Shown: piece by piece, positions 27,327 through 36,753 of the stretch
How the letters are laid out: the number at the start of each line of letters is the position of its first letter
Numbering within the stretch: position 1 is the first letter of the stretch
Virus record (IMG/VR): IMGVR_UViG_3300048851_000095
Location: 1 to 58,717 of that record
From: a virus
Taxonomy: Duplodnaviria > Caudoviricetes
Length of the DNA: 58,717 nucleotides
Reading direction: 5' to 3' (one strand)
Notes under the pieces: generated by a model
Seen by the model: only the letters and a program-made list of their open reading frames with translations
The model's database searches: none
Told to the model about the DNA's origin: nothing
Program-made: the position numbers and the translations under genes

Positions 27327-28327
27327 CAACCACCGATTACCGGCCCGTCGCCCAGGACAGCAAGCCGACGCTCACCCAGCTGATCAACAACATGAAGCCG
27401 GAGATCGCGCGGGCCCTGCCCAAGCACATGAACCCAGACCGTATGGCACGCATCGCCACCACGGTCCTCCGGCAGACACCCGCCCTCGGACGATGCACAC
27501 CAGAATCGTTCCTCGGCGCCCTGATGACCGCCAGCCAGCTCGGCCTCGAACCCGGCCCGCTTGGTGAGGCCTACCTGGTGCCATACGGCACGACCGCCAC
27601 GTTCATCCCCGGATACCGCGGCCTCGTGAAGTTGGCCTACCAGTCCGGGCAGGTCGCGAAGGTCGGAGCCCACGTCGTCCACGAGCAGGACGAGTTCGAC
27701 TACGCACTGGGTCTCGACCCGTTCCTCACTCACAAACCATCGCTCGCCGCTGACCCCGGCAAGGTCGTCGCGGTCTACGCGATGGTGAAGTTCAAGGACG
27801 GCGCCAGCAACTTCGAGGTCATGTCCGTCGCCCAGGTCGAAGCGATCCGCGCCCGGTCCAGGAGCGGCAACAACGGCCCATGGAAGACCGACTGGGAAGC
27901 GATGGCCCGCAAGACAGTATTCAAGCGGCTGTCGAAGTGGATGCCCCTGTCGAGTGAGTTCGCCCTGGCATCGACGATGGATGAGTCCGTCCGGACCGAC
28001 GCCACCGCTGACCTCGTCGATGTCCGCCCTGACTACATCGACGCCGATGACGCCGAGCAGGTCAGCATCAGCCAGGGGACAGATGAACAGTCACCGCAAC
28101 CCGGCGAAGTGGAGTCGCTGACAAGCGCACCCGCCGGCGCGAAGAAGCCCACCAAGGCGGACCTCGACGCCCTCGACGCCGCGTTCACTGCGGGCGGCTA
28201 TGCCGCCAGCGACGGCAGTCGTGAGGACTGGCTGGGCAACACCATCCGTGAGGTCAAGTCCGTCCGCGACCTCACGAAAGACGAAGTCCTCGACGCCACC
28301 GCAGTACTCACCGGCGCCAAGAAGTAA
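27323..28327 (+). CDS. recT: RecT ssDNA-annealing recombinase
   Basis: LGLEPG.LGEAYLVPY, GYRGL, PW.TDW.AMARKT. Confidence 0.95.
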   Translation: MTTTDYRPVAQDSKPTLTQLINNMKPEIARALPKHMNPDRMARIATTVLRQTPALGRCTPESFLGALMTASQLGLEPGPLGEAYLVPYGTTATFIPGYRGLVKLAYQSGQVAKVGAHVVHEQDEFDYALGLDPFLTHKPSLAADPGKVVAVYAMVKFKDGASNFEVMSVAQVEAIRARSRSGNNGPWKTDWEAMARKTVFKRLSKWMPLSSEFALASTMDESVRTDATADLVDVRPDYIDADDAEQVSISQGTDEQSPQPGEVESLTSAPAGAKKPTKADLDALDAAFTAGGYAASDGSREDWLGNTIREVKSVRDLTKDEVLDATAVLTGAKK

Positions 28328-28357
28328 CCCACCCAAAATAGAAGGAGCACAACTGCA

Positions 28358-28750
28358 ATGGCACTCGTCAAAGAGAACGGCAACGGCACTGAACCCGGCA
28401 CCGACGGCAGCATGGTCACCTACAGCTTCCAGGGCAGCCCTGCCGGGCAACTATTCGAGCACAGCCCACAGGTCAACGAGGTCCGTGTCATGTCGGTCCA
28501 AGTGGAGTGCGTCGAGTCTGGCCACAAGTCGACCAAGGACGGATCCAAACCGATCGCGAAGTGGAAGATCACGAACGCGCAGCTGGGCCGCGAGGTCATC
28601 CCCGAACCGGAACCAGAGAAGACCGACGACGACGGCGACCCGAACCAGACGACCATCGACGACGCCATGAAACCGGACGCCGACTACGGAGACGTCGACG
28701 CCGACCCCGCCCCTGAGAAGGCCAACGACAACCCGACATTCAGCGGATAA
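28358..28750 (+). CDS. Hypothetical protein (beta-rich core, acidic tail)
   Basis: GAAGGAG RBS; follows RecT. Confidence 0.65.
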   Translation: MALVKENGNGTEPGTDGSMVTYSFQGSPAGQLFEHSPQVNEVRVMSVQVECVESGHKSTKDGSKPIAKWKITNAQLGREVIPEPEPEKTDDDGDPNQTTIDDAMKPDADYGDVDADPAPEKANDNPTFSG

Positions 28751-28752
28751 CG

Positions 28753-29124
28753 GTGCGGTACTTCCCACCCACCCAGGCCGGCCACCTCACCCACCAGGTC
28801 GAAACACCGTGGGGTGTATTCGTCGCCGACACCCGGGTACTCATCACCGTCATCTCCGACGACAACGTCCGGATCGACTTCACCCCACCGTCACTCGACC
28901 GAGCAGGCGGCATGGTGATGGCGCTGCCCCGCGACAGTGTCCGTGTCGAAGTGCAAGCGCCCCGCAGGGGAGTGGCACCAGTCCCAGCGGTCGCGTTGGC
29001 TGACCTATATCTGTCAGCGGATTCAGCTGCCCAGGACCGTGCGGAGCGGGTCATCGGGACCGACCGCATTCGCGGTGCACTCAGCTACCGTCGGAAGGTG
29101 CTCGCTCGAGCTGGTTTGACGTGA
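28753..29124 (+). CDS. Hypothetical protein
   Basis: ORF in operon. Confidence 0.55.
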   Translation: MRYFPPTQAGHLTHQVETPWGVFVADTRVLITVISDDNVRIDFTPPSLDRAGGMVMALPRDSVRVEVQAPRRGVAPVPAVALADLYLSADSAAQDRAERVIGTDRIRGALSYRRKVLARAGLT

Positions 29125-29222
29125 CGCAAGATGACGTGGTGACGGTGAACAGTGACAGTGTCAATGTGTTGTACCGCCTCGGATCGATCCGATCTGAGTC
29201 AAGAAAGGGTGAGTAAAACACC

Positions 29223-29564
29223 GTGGGATTGCCCTGGATTCGACTCGACACTGCGTTCCCCGACCACCCGAAAGTGCTCGAACTGGTCGCCGACAAAGCC
29301 TTCCAAGCCGCGTTCGCCCACACCTGCGCCATGAGTTACAGCGGGAAACACGGCACCAACGGATACATCCCCAAGTCCGCTCTGCCATTCATCCACGCCC
29401 GAAAAGTAGACGCCGACCGACTCGTCAACGTCGGCCTCTGGGACCCGGCGGTCGGCGGATGGCAGATCCACGGATGGGACGAGAAGCAGGTCAGCGACGA
29501 CGAAGCCAAAGCGCGAAGCGAGAAAGCACGTAAGGCAGCCCAGAAACGATGGGGGACAGCATGA
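29223..29564 (+). CDS. Putative replication initiator N-terminal-like protein
   Basis: WIRLD..FPDHPK..L..VGLW...W.IH.W...Q..KAA..RW; followed by direct repeats. Confidence 0.6.
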   Translation: MGLPWIRLDTAFPDHPKVLELVADKAFQAAFAHTCAMSYSGKHGTNGYIPKSALPFIHARKVDADRLVNVGLWDPAVGGWQIHGWDEKQVSDDEAKARSEKARKAAQKRWGTA

Positions 29565-29565
29565 A

Positions 29566-29648
29566 AATGCTCGAGCATGCAAACGAGCAATGCCCACAAG
29601 CAATGCGACCGAGCAATGCATCGAGCATATGCACGGACGTAACGGACG
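29566..29648 (+). repeat. Iteron-like direct repeats (putative origin)
   Basis: AGCA(A)TGC units at 29573, 29585, 29598, 29611, 29623 (12-13 bp period), then ACGGACG x2. Confidence 0.7.
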
Positions 29649-29765
29649 GTACTAACGAAGAACTACTCACCTTGGGAGCATCTGCTTACGAACTGCAACG
29701 CGCGCAGGGGGGTACACCAAACCGAGCTCCATCCGAAGGTGTTTCAACCACAGGCGGAACCCGCC

Positions 29766-30062
29766 ATGCCTAACGACAACCAACTCGAACGGTTCGCCGA
29801 AGACGCCGAACGCCGCGCCTGCCGCCACTGCGACCACCACGGCTGGCGCACCCTCCACACCGAAGACGGCTACGAACGCGTCGGAAAGTGCCTCCACGCA
29901 GCACCCGAAATCCAGGACGTCGGTTACGAAACGGTCAAACGGAACCCCAACGACCCAGTCCAACTCGGCCAGATCGCAGGCTACGAAAAGATCGGCGCCC
30001 GCTTCCCAGTCCAACCGAGACTCACCACTCAAACAACAACCACCACGGAGAACACACCATGA
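29766..30062 (+). CDS. Hypothetical Zn-binding protein
   Basis: CRHCD..GW..KCLH. Confidence 0.55.
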   Translation: MPNDNQLERFAEDAERRACRHCDHHGWRTLHTEDGYERVGKCLHAAPEIQDVGYETVKRNPNDPVQLGQIAGYEKIGARFPVQPRLTTQTTTTTENTP

Positions 30063-30601
30063 CCAGCAACAACTACCTACAGGCAATGGCAACCGCATAC
30101 GACCAGGCGAAGGATGACGCCTGCATCACCGACCCCGCCAACCCGTACCAAGAGCAGCTCGACAACCGCCGCGAGTTCGTGCACCAGCAGGTGACCGACG
30201 CGTACGGTCCCGTCATCGACGGCGACGGCGACGACCTGCTGAACGCCGACGTACTCGACACCATCCTCGACGCACACGACGAATGGCTGACGACCCACGA
30301 CCGAACCCCGACCAGGGTCCCCGACCCAGCCATCCGTCGCGAGGACGCCCTCGCAATGACGTTGCGCCACCATCGTCCGACCGACGCGTTCGACGGCGCA
30401 ACTGCGGTCACGCACGCCGCATACCTCGAGCGGTACCTGTCGGCCGGCATCGTCCCCACCGACGAAGACGAACTCGTCGACGCGCTGTACCTCGTCGCAT
30501 CCGAGCTTGACCGCCGCGACCGGCAGCGCGGGCCGGCCGCCGTCCCTGATGCGTGGACAGCAACGCAACTGCGTGACCTGGCGAAGGAAATCGACGCATG
30601 A
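30059..30601 (+). CDS. Hypothetical protein
   Basis: GGAG RBS, ATGA coupling. Confidence 0.6.
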   Translation: MTSNNYLQAMATAYDQAKDDACITDPANPYQEQLDNRREFVHQQVTDAYGPVIDGDGDDLLNADVLDTILDAHDEWLTTHDRTPTRVPDPAIRREDALAMTLRHHRPTDAFDGATAVTHAAYLERYLSAGIVPTDEDELVDALYLVASELDRRDRQRGPAAVPDAWTATQLRDLAKEIDA

Positions 30602-30921
30602 GCGGCATCGTGCGCCCCGAAGCCCACAACCAACTCGCGCGGATGGCCGAAACCCTCGAGGCCGACGGACACACCCAGCTGGCTGCCCAGTACCAAGCGC
30701 GCGCAGACCGGGCACAGAAAGCGTTCTCACACCTGAGGATGCTCGGCGACGAAGCCCGCCGACAGGTCGTAATCCACACTCCCGCTCCCGTACGCGGCGA
30801 CGGCCCGAACCCGGAAATCAACAGGCCGGAAATTAACAGGAGCGGGATCGGTCTCGACGTCGCTGACTGGCTCATCCGTCAGGGCTGGACACCACCCGAG
30901 TTCATCGGAGTTGACCAGTGA
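30598..30921 (+). CDS. Hypothetical protein
   Basis: Coupled; ends GWTPP. Confidence 0.6.
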   Translation: MSGIVRPEAHNQLARMAETLEADGHTQLAAQYQARADRAQKAFSHLRMLGDEARRQVVIHTPAPVRGDGPNPEINRPEINRSGIGLDVADWLIRQGWTPPEFIGVDQ

Positions 30922-31127
30922 CCCGACAGATCGGCGGGCACGCTGAAACTCTCGCCGCGGTCGACGCACTGCATCAGCCGGTGTCACGCAGCCTCGGGAC
31001 TGTCTCGCTGGGCACCACGTGCGCCGAATGCACTCAGGCGTGGCCCTGCGCCACACACCGGCTCATCGGCTCGCACAGCCGCCACAACCGTGGTCCGCGG
31101 ACCGTCAGCCCGGTGGCCAGCTCATGA
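30918..31127 (+). CDS. Small Zn-finger-like phage protein
   Basis: LH.P..CAEC..WPCAT. Confidence 0.65.
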   Translation: MTRQIGGHAETLAAVDALHQPVSRSLGTVSLGTTCAECTQAWPCATHRLIGSHSRHNRGPRTVSPVASS

Positions 31128-31753
31128 CCCGCATCGTTGGAGTGGACCCGTCCCTCACCTCGACTGGCGTGTGTGTCGTGAACGTCACCGACGAACGTTG
31201 CACCGTCGCATTCGAATCCGTGACCAGCTCGGCACCGAAACGGCCGGCGGACCGTAAGCAACCTCGCACGATCCAGCGGGTCCGCCGGATCCGGGCGTTG
31301 CGGAACGCGATCGTCGACCTATGTCGCGGCGCTGACCTGGTGGTGATCGAAGCGCCGACGTACAGTCCGTCGACGTCCGGCGCCCAGCATGATCGGTCTG
31401 GGCTGTGGTGGACAACTGTCATGTCATTGGACCACCTCGACATCCCGCTGGTGGAGGTGTCACCCACCACGGTGAAGAAGTTCGCGACCGGGAAAGGCAA
31501 CGCCGACAAAACGTCTGTCGCCGCAGCGCTCACCCGGTGGTGGCCGTCGGATCTGCCGGGGATCGATCAGCCTTACGGTGACGACCAGTTCGATGCCCTC
31601 GCGCTGGCCAGCATCGGCGCGGTGAAACTCGTCGGTCGACTCCTCCCGATCAGCATCCTGGAACGCCACCGGATGGCGATCGGCGACCTCGATTGGCCCG
31701 ACGTTTACGTCAGTATGCCGGGGTACAGTGCGACAGTAACCCCAATACGCTGA
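31124..31753 (+). CDS. RuvC-like Holliday junction resolvase
   Basis: VGVDPSLTSTG, VVIE, KKFATGKGNADK, D..DA. Confidence 0.9.
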   Translation: MTRIVGVDPSLTSTGVCVVNVTDERCTVAFESVTSSAPKRPADRKQPRTIQRVRRIRALRNAIVDLCRGADLVVIEAPTYSPSTSGAQHDRSGLWWTTVMSLDHLDIPLVEVSPTTVKKFATGKGNADKTSVAAALTRWWPSDLPGIDQPYGDDQFDALALASIGAVKLVGRLLPISILERHRMAIGDLDWPDVYVSMPGYSATVTPIR

Positions 31754-31780
31754 CCACGTAACCCACTACGGAGAACACAC

Positions 31781-31948
31781 ATGACCCACAACGCAGACCC
31801 CGCCACCGTGCTCGACTACGGCACCTCAGAGGCGTTCCGGTTCGCAGCTGAAGTCGTCCGCCGACACTGCACCGAAAGGCAGATCAACCACCTCGACGCC
31901 GGCGACCTGGAACGCCGCGCCGACGAACTCCAGGCAGGTGAACGATGA
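31781..31948 (+). CDS. Hypothetical 55-aa protein
   Basis: GGAG RBS; similar to part of 40312..40785. Confidence 0.55.
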   Translation: MTHNADPATVLDYGTSEAFRFAAEVVRRHCTERQINHLDAGDLERRADELQAGER

Positions 31949-32157
31949 CCTCGCAATGCTGCCGACGCCAGCCGGGCGAGTGGTGTTACGACTGCCCGAG
32001 CGGCCCTCGTCAGCTGTCTGTGGCACCCTCAGCCGGCGTGTGCTGCGGCACCACAGACCCACCCTGGGAGCCGTCACCCACCAACCCGGCGAACTGTGCT
32101 GGATGCCCCGGGCGTCAAACCGCCGCCCCTGCAAGCACTCTGCGGGTGCCCGCATGA
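31945..32157 (+). CDS. Small Cys-rich protein
   Basis: CC..C..C pattern twice; ATGA coupling at both ends. Confidence 0.55.
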   Translation: MTSQCCRRQPGEWCYDCPSGPRQLSVAPSAGVCCGTTDPPWEPSPTNPANCAGCPGRQTAAPASTLRVPA

Positions 32158-32417
32158 GCGACCCAGCCGTCGAAGCGGCACAACGGGCTTGGCGCAAGAA
32201 GCTTGTCGTCAGCGAGCCCATACCTGAAGCTGTGAAACCGCCGATGGGTTTTGTCGATGCGGCCCGTGAGGCTCTGGCACCACTGCGAGCGAAGCACCAG
32301 CGACGCGCCCGCCAATACGGCCCCGACGTGTGCACCAGCTGCCGCGACGCATACGGCGACCACGCGGACTGGCCCACCGGCACCGACCGCCTCATCTATC
32401 CGAGCGAGGAACTGTGA
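32154..32417 (+). CDS. Hypothetical phage protein
   Basis: MSDPAVEAAQRAW..AAREAL.P.R..H motif. Confidence 0.7.
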   Translation: MSDPAVEAAQRAWRKKLVVSEPIPEAVKPPMGFVDAAREALAPLRAKHQRRARQYGPDVCTSCRDAYGDHADWPTGTDRLIYPSEEL

Positions 32418-32611
32418 GCGACTACGAGAACCCGTACCACCCGGAACCCACATCCCACCGGTCAACGTGGGTCGCTGTCATCGTCGCGCTGGTGGTGATG
32501 TCCGCCGCCGTCAGCGTCATCGCTATCGCCCCCGAACCCGCCACCGTGTCCGACAAGCCCGCTGTCCTGCAATACACACCCACCGCACCCGAAGGCTGGT
32601 GCAGCAGATGA
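32414..32611 (+). CDS. Small membrane protein
   Basis: One TM; coupled. Confidence 0.55.
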   Translation: MSDYENPYHPEPTSHRSTWVAVIVALVVMSAAVSVIAIAPEPATVSDKPAVLQYTPTAPEGWCSR

Positions 32612-34251
32612 CACTCACCCTCACCGACCACTTCTGCGGCGCCGGCGGATCGTCCTCCGGAGCGAAGCAGATCCCCGGCGTCACAGTGAAAGTCGCCGCA
32701 AACCACTGGCAGCTGGCCGTCGACACCCACGCCGAGAATCACCCGGCGACTGACCATCGGTGCGCGGACCTGTCGAACGTCGACCCCCGCTGGTTCCCGT
32801 ACACCACGCTCGCCTGGTTCTCACCCGAGTGCACCAACCACAGCATTGCCAAGGGCCGCCGGAAACTCGACGCCCAGCCGGATCTGTTCGACGAAGTGCT
32901 TCCCGACGAGGCGGCCGAACGATCTCGCGCGACGATGTGGGACGTCGTCCGGTTCACCGAGCACCACCTGTACGAGGCGGTGATCGTCGAGAACGTTGTC
33001 GACGCCTACAACTGGCTGCCGTTCCAGGCGTGGCTGCAGGCGATGGACTCCCTCGGCTATGCGCACCACATCGTGATGCTCAACAGCATGCATGCGCAGG
33101 CGTTCGGGCCCGGGGCGCCGCAGTCCCGCGATCGGATGTATGTCGTGTTCTGGCGCAAGGGAAACCGGCGCCCGGACTTCGAGCGTGTGACGTCACCCGA
33201 CGCGCTGTGCGCGACGTGCGGGCCGGTCAAAGCCCGGCAGGTGTTCAAACGCGACGGCGCCCGGTGGGGCCGGTACCGCGCCCAGTACGTCTATCGCTGC
33301 CCACGCGCTGCGTGCCAGTACTCGATCGTCGAACCGCTGTATCGGCCGGCGGCCGACATCATCGACTGGTCACTCGAAGGCACCCGGATCGGCGATCGTT
33401 CGAAGCCTTTGGCTGTCAAGACCATGGCCCGCATCCAGGCTGGCATCGACAAGTACTGGAAGCCGCTCCTCGTCCCCGTCGAGGGCCGCGACGGGAAGCA
33501 GGCCGCGCCGGTCGACGCACCCGCCCGCACCATGACGACCCGCAACGAAACGGGGTTGCTCGTGCCCTGCGGTGGGACGTGGCGCGAGAACGCTGCGCCG
33601 ACTGAGGAGCCGATCTCGACCCGGACCACGAGCGACCCGGACGGTGTCGCGATGCCGCCGTTCCTGTCGGTGATGCGCGGTCAGTCAGGCAATCACGATG
33701 TGGATGCACCGATCTCGACCGTGTCCGCAGGCGGGATCCATCACGCGCTCGTCGAACCGTTCATCGCGGAGCTGCGCGGCGGCGGGAGCAAAGCCCGGTC
33801 GACGGGTGACCCGCTGTCCACCGTGACTGCGTCGGGCAATCACCACGGCCTGGTGACGAGCTACTACGGCAAGGGCACGGCGCAGCCGACCGACGAGGCG
33901 CTGCCGACGATCACCACGGTGGAGAAGCACGCGCTGATCATGCGCAATAACACCCCGCGCAGCGGCAACGGATCCGAGATGACCACGCCTGTCTCGGAAC
34001 CAGTACGGACGGTTACCACGTCAGGTCACCAGTCTCTGCTCGACGCCGACCGCCCGACCATCGACATCGATGACGTCCGGTTCCGGATGCTCGAGCCCCG
34101 CGAGATCGTCGCCGCGATGGACTTCCCCGGCGGATACGTCGTCCTCGGCAACCGACGCGAGCAAGTCCGCATGGCCGGCAACGCCGTCACCCCACCGGCC
34201 GCACGAGATCTCGTCGGCATCGTGGCTGAGAGCCTTGGGGTGGTCGCGTGA
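32608..34251 (+). CDS. DNA cytosine-5 methyltransferase
   Basis: FCGAGG, SPEC, ENV, QSRDR, GNAV motifs; repeated P..T.T segments. Confidence 0.95.
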   Translation: MTLTLTDHFCGAGGSSSGAKQIPGVTVKVAANHWQLAVDTHAENHPATDHRCADLSNVDPRWFPYTTLAWFSPECTNHSIAKGRRKLDAQPDLFDEVLPDEAAERSRATMWDVVRFTEHHLYEAVIVENVVDAYNWLPFQAWLQAMDSLGYAHHIVMLNSMHAQAFGPGAPQSRDRMYVVFWRKGNRRPDFERVTSPDALCATCGPVKARQVFKRDGARWGRYRAQYVYRCPRAACQYSIVEPLYRPAADIIDWSLEGTRIGDRSKPLAVKTMARIQAGIDKYWKPLLVPVEGRDGKQAAPVDAPARTMTTRNETGLLVPCGGTWRENAAPTEEPISTRTTSDPDGVAMPPFLSVMRGQSGNHDVDAPISTVSAGGIHHALVEPFIAELRGGGSKARSTGDPLSTVTASGNHHGLVTSYYGKGTAQPTDEALPTITTVEKHALIMRNNTPRSGNGSEMTTPVSEPVRTVTTSGHQSLLDADRPTIDIDDVRFRMLEPREIVAAMDFPGGYVVLGNRREQVRMAGNAVTPPAARDLVGIVAESLGVVA

Positions 34252-34793
34252 CGCGCGCTCTTGGAGTCGGAGGCCACCAGTCGTCGGCGATGGGCACCGA
34301 CGTCTGGCTCACACCGCGGTACATCCTCGACGCACTTGGCCCGTTTGACCTCGACCCTTGTGCCGCGCCCGCCCCCGAGCAATGGCCGACAGCCGACCGC
34401 CACATCACCTTGCCCACCGACGGACTCACCGCACCGTGGTCTGGCCGGGTCTGGTGCAACCCCCCGTACGGCAACCAAACATGGCTGTGGCTCGACAAGC
34501 TCGCCGAGCACGGCCAAGGGACAGCACTGATCTTTGCTCGCACCGAGACGGCTGGTTTCGCGCGGCAGGTGTGGCAGATGGCCGACGCGATCCTGTTCCT
34601 GCAGGGCCGGATTCGTTTCCATCGGGCTGACGGACAGGCAGGCGTCTACACCTCGGGTGCGCCCTCCTGTCTCGTCGCGTACGGGGAGCGTGATGCGACC
34701 AAGCTGCGGCGTTGCGGCCTTCCCGGCGCATTCATTCGGTTGACGCCGACCGCTGTCACCACTCCAACTCTCGACTTTGGGACCGGTGCCTGA
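34248..34793 (+). CDS. Phage N6-adenine DNA methyltransferase (Dam-like)
   Basis: WLTP, DLDPCA, WCNPPY, ARTET, GRIRF. Confidence 0.9.
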   Translation: MTRALGVGGHQSSAMGTDVWLTPRYILDALGPFDLDPCAAPAPEQWPTADRHITLPTDGLTAPWSGRVWCNPPYGNQTWLWLDKLAEHGQGTALIFARTETAGFARQVWQMADAILFLQGRIRFHRADGQAGVYTSGAPSCLVAYGERDATKLRRCGLPGAFIRLTPTAVTTPTLDFGTGA

Positions 34794-35026
34794 TGTCCGC
34801 GCTCTCTTCGTGTTTCCGGTGCGGTCAGTCGTATGCCGAGTGCACACGCCTCGGAAACTGCCGCGGCTACAAGGGGATGGTCGAACCGTGGGTGATCCGG
34901 CCGTCGGGCCGTGGGTGGGTCGTCGTGCACGCCGAGACAGACACCGAGACCGAATGGTTCGCCGACCGCGCCGACGCCCAACTCCACGCCAACCAGAACA
35001 TCATCGACGAACGGACACCAGCATGA
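34793..35026 (+). CDS. Hypothetical protein
   Basis: TGATG coupling; CxxC. Confidence 0.5.
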   Translation: MSALSSCFRCGQSYAECTRLGNCRGYKGMVEPWVIRPSGRGWVVVHAETDTETEWFADRADAQLHANQNIIDERTPA

Positions 35027-35235
35027 GCAACGTCAGCGTCACCCTCCCGTCCTCGGATCTGTTGTTCCGCATGTTCTTCGGATTCTGGGTCGTCTACCGA
35101 TCACCCCAGACTGGCCGCGTCCAGGTCCGGCTGAACAACCGGAAGGTGTGGACCGAGCACCCCGACAAGGGCGCACTCCGCACGTTCGACACCCACGAGA
35201 AGGCACTCCACTTCGCACACGAGGTCGCGGCATGA
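35023..35235 (+). CDS. Hypothetical protein
   Basis: ATGA coupling; F.TH..AL.FA. Confidence 0.55.
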   Translation: MSNVSVTLPSSDLLFRMFFGFWVVYRSPQTGRVQVRLNNRKVWTEHPDKGALRTFDTHEKALHFAHEVAA

Positions 35236-36005
35236 CGAAACACAACAACACCACCGGCGCCCACATCGCCGAAAACGGTCTGATCCTCAAAGGGCAAGTC
35301 GGGTCCGGTCTCCACGGCGTCACCACCGGCGACGACGACCGCGACGAAATGGGTGTGTGCATCGAACCACCCGAGTACGTCATCGGGCTCGACACGTTCG
35401 AGCAATTCGAGTACCGCACCCAACCCGACCACCACCGGTCCGGGAAAGGTGACCTCGACCTCGTCGTCTACTCGCTCCGCAAATGGGTGAAGCTCGCGGC
35501 GGCCGGCAACCCCACCATCCTGTTGCTGCTGTTCATCCCTGACGAGGAGATTGTGTTCCGCAACGCGTTCGGCGCCGAGCTCCAGGCGTCGTCGGAACTG
35601 TTCGTCACCCGGCAGGTTGCAGCGAAGTTCGGTGGCTACCTCGTGTCGCAGAAGGAACGGATGCTGGGTCTGCGGTCGCAGCGCACGAACCGGCCCGAGC
35701 TGATCGACGAGTACGGCTTCGACACCAAGTTCGCGTATCACATGGTGCGCCTTGGCCTTCAAGGCGTGGAACTCCTCACGACCGGGCGGATCACCCTCCC
35801 GATCCCGGAACCAGACCGCGCCTGGCTCACCGAGTTGCGCGCCGGCCAGCACACGAAAGAAGACGCGCTCGCCCGCGCGGACGAACTCCTCGAGCAGCTG
35901 AACCATTTGCGGCACAACGCCGACCTACCCGAACGAGCCGACATGGGCGCGGTCAACCGGAAACTCTTGGACTGGTACGGCCGACACTGGGCGGGGATCG
36001 CGTGA
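35232..36005 (+). CDS. Pol-beta superfamily nucleotidyltransferase
   Basis: GS.LHG..DDRDEMGV, GNP..L.LL, DTKFAYHMVRL. Confidence 0.85.
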   Translation: MTKHNNTTGAHIAENGLILKGQVGSGLHGVTTGDDDRDEMGVCIEPPEYVIGLDTFEQFEYRTQPDHHRSGKGDLDLVVYSLRKWVKLAAAGNPTILLLLFIPDEEIVFRNAFGAELQASSELFVTRQVAAKFGGYLVSQKERMLGLRSQRTNRPELIDEYGFDTKFAYHMVRLGLQGVELLTTGRITLPIPEPDRAWLTELRAGQHTKEDALARADELLEQLNHLRHNADLPERADMGAVNRKLLDWYGRHWAGIA

Positions 36006-36141
36006 TGTGGTGGATTCTTCGGCATCCCTGCCAGGCGTTTCAGGCGTTGCTGCTGGGTGTCGCTGAGCAACGTCACCTCGATTGCCAGATGCGGGCCGCC
36101 GGCATCCGCGACCAGCTCGCCGACGACATCGGACGCGACCA

Positions 36142-36753
36142 GTGAGCCGCATCCGATTATGGGATCAGGGCTGGAACTGTCTGTACGACAGCCACACCAG
36201 CGACCTCACACCCGAACAGTTCATGGCCGACCACGACTGGCTGAACTTCTCCGAGGATCTGGACATCGGCACCCGCACCACCGGCCGCATGACCAACGTC
36301 GACGGCAAGATTGTCCGGGAGACCGACTTCGCGCACCTCCGCAAAATACTCACGTATCCGAACCCGCTGTTCGCCGAGCACTGGACGCTTGAGGACGATC
36401 CGTTCGACCCGTCTGCGTGGGGCCTGAGCGCTGCGCCTGAACCGTTTCCGCACCTGACGGGTACGCCCAAGGTCGACGCGATCAACCGGGACATCGCGCT
36501 GCAGTTCCAGGCACAGAGCCGTGAGGCGTGGGATCGCTTCGAGCGCGCATTGGTCGACGGTCTCACCCCGCACTTCAAGGCGCTGGCTGAGGCGATCGCA
36601 AAGGCCAAGCCGCAGCTCGACGCCCTGGCCCTCGTGCTCGACGACGACCAGCCACCACCGCCCCGCGCAGACGGGAAACCCCACCCACCCAAGCCCTCAC
36701 GGAAACCCCCGATGTGGGCACACGACCCCACACGATCAAGGAGGAAACGATGA
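36142..36753 (+). CDS. Hypothetical protein
   Basis: Begins RIRLWDQGW; ends PPMWA. Confidence 0.6.
   Translation: MSRIRLWDQGWNCLYDSHTSDLTPEQFMADHDWLNFSEDLDIGTRTTGRMTNVDGKIVRETDFAHLRKILTYPNPLFAEHWTLEDDPFDPSAWGLSAAPEPFPHLTGTPKVDAINRDIALQFQAQSREAWDRFERALVDGLTPHFKALAEAIAKAKPQLDALALVLDDDQPPPPRADGKPHPPKPSRKPPMWAHDPTRSRRKR

Noticed and set aside
29566-29648. Direct repeats as a CRISPR or mini-array
   Set aside because: Units are 8-10 bp with 12-13 bp period, no spacers and no cas genes; iterons fit better
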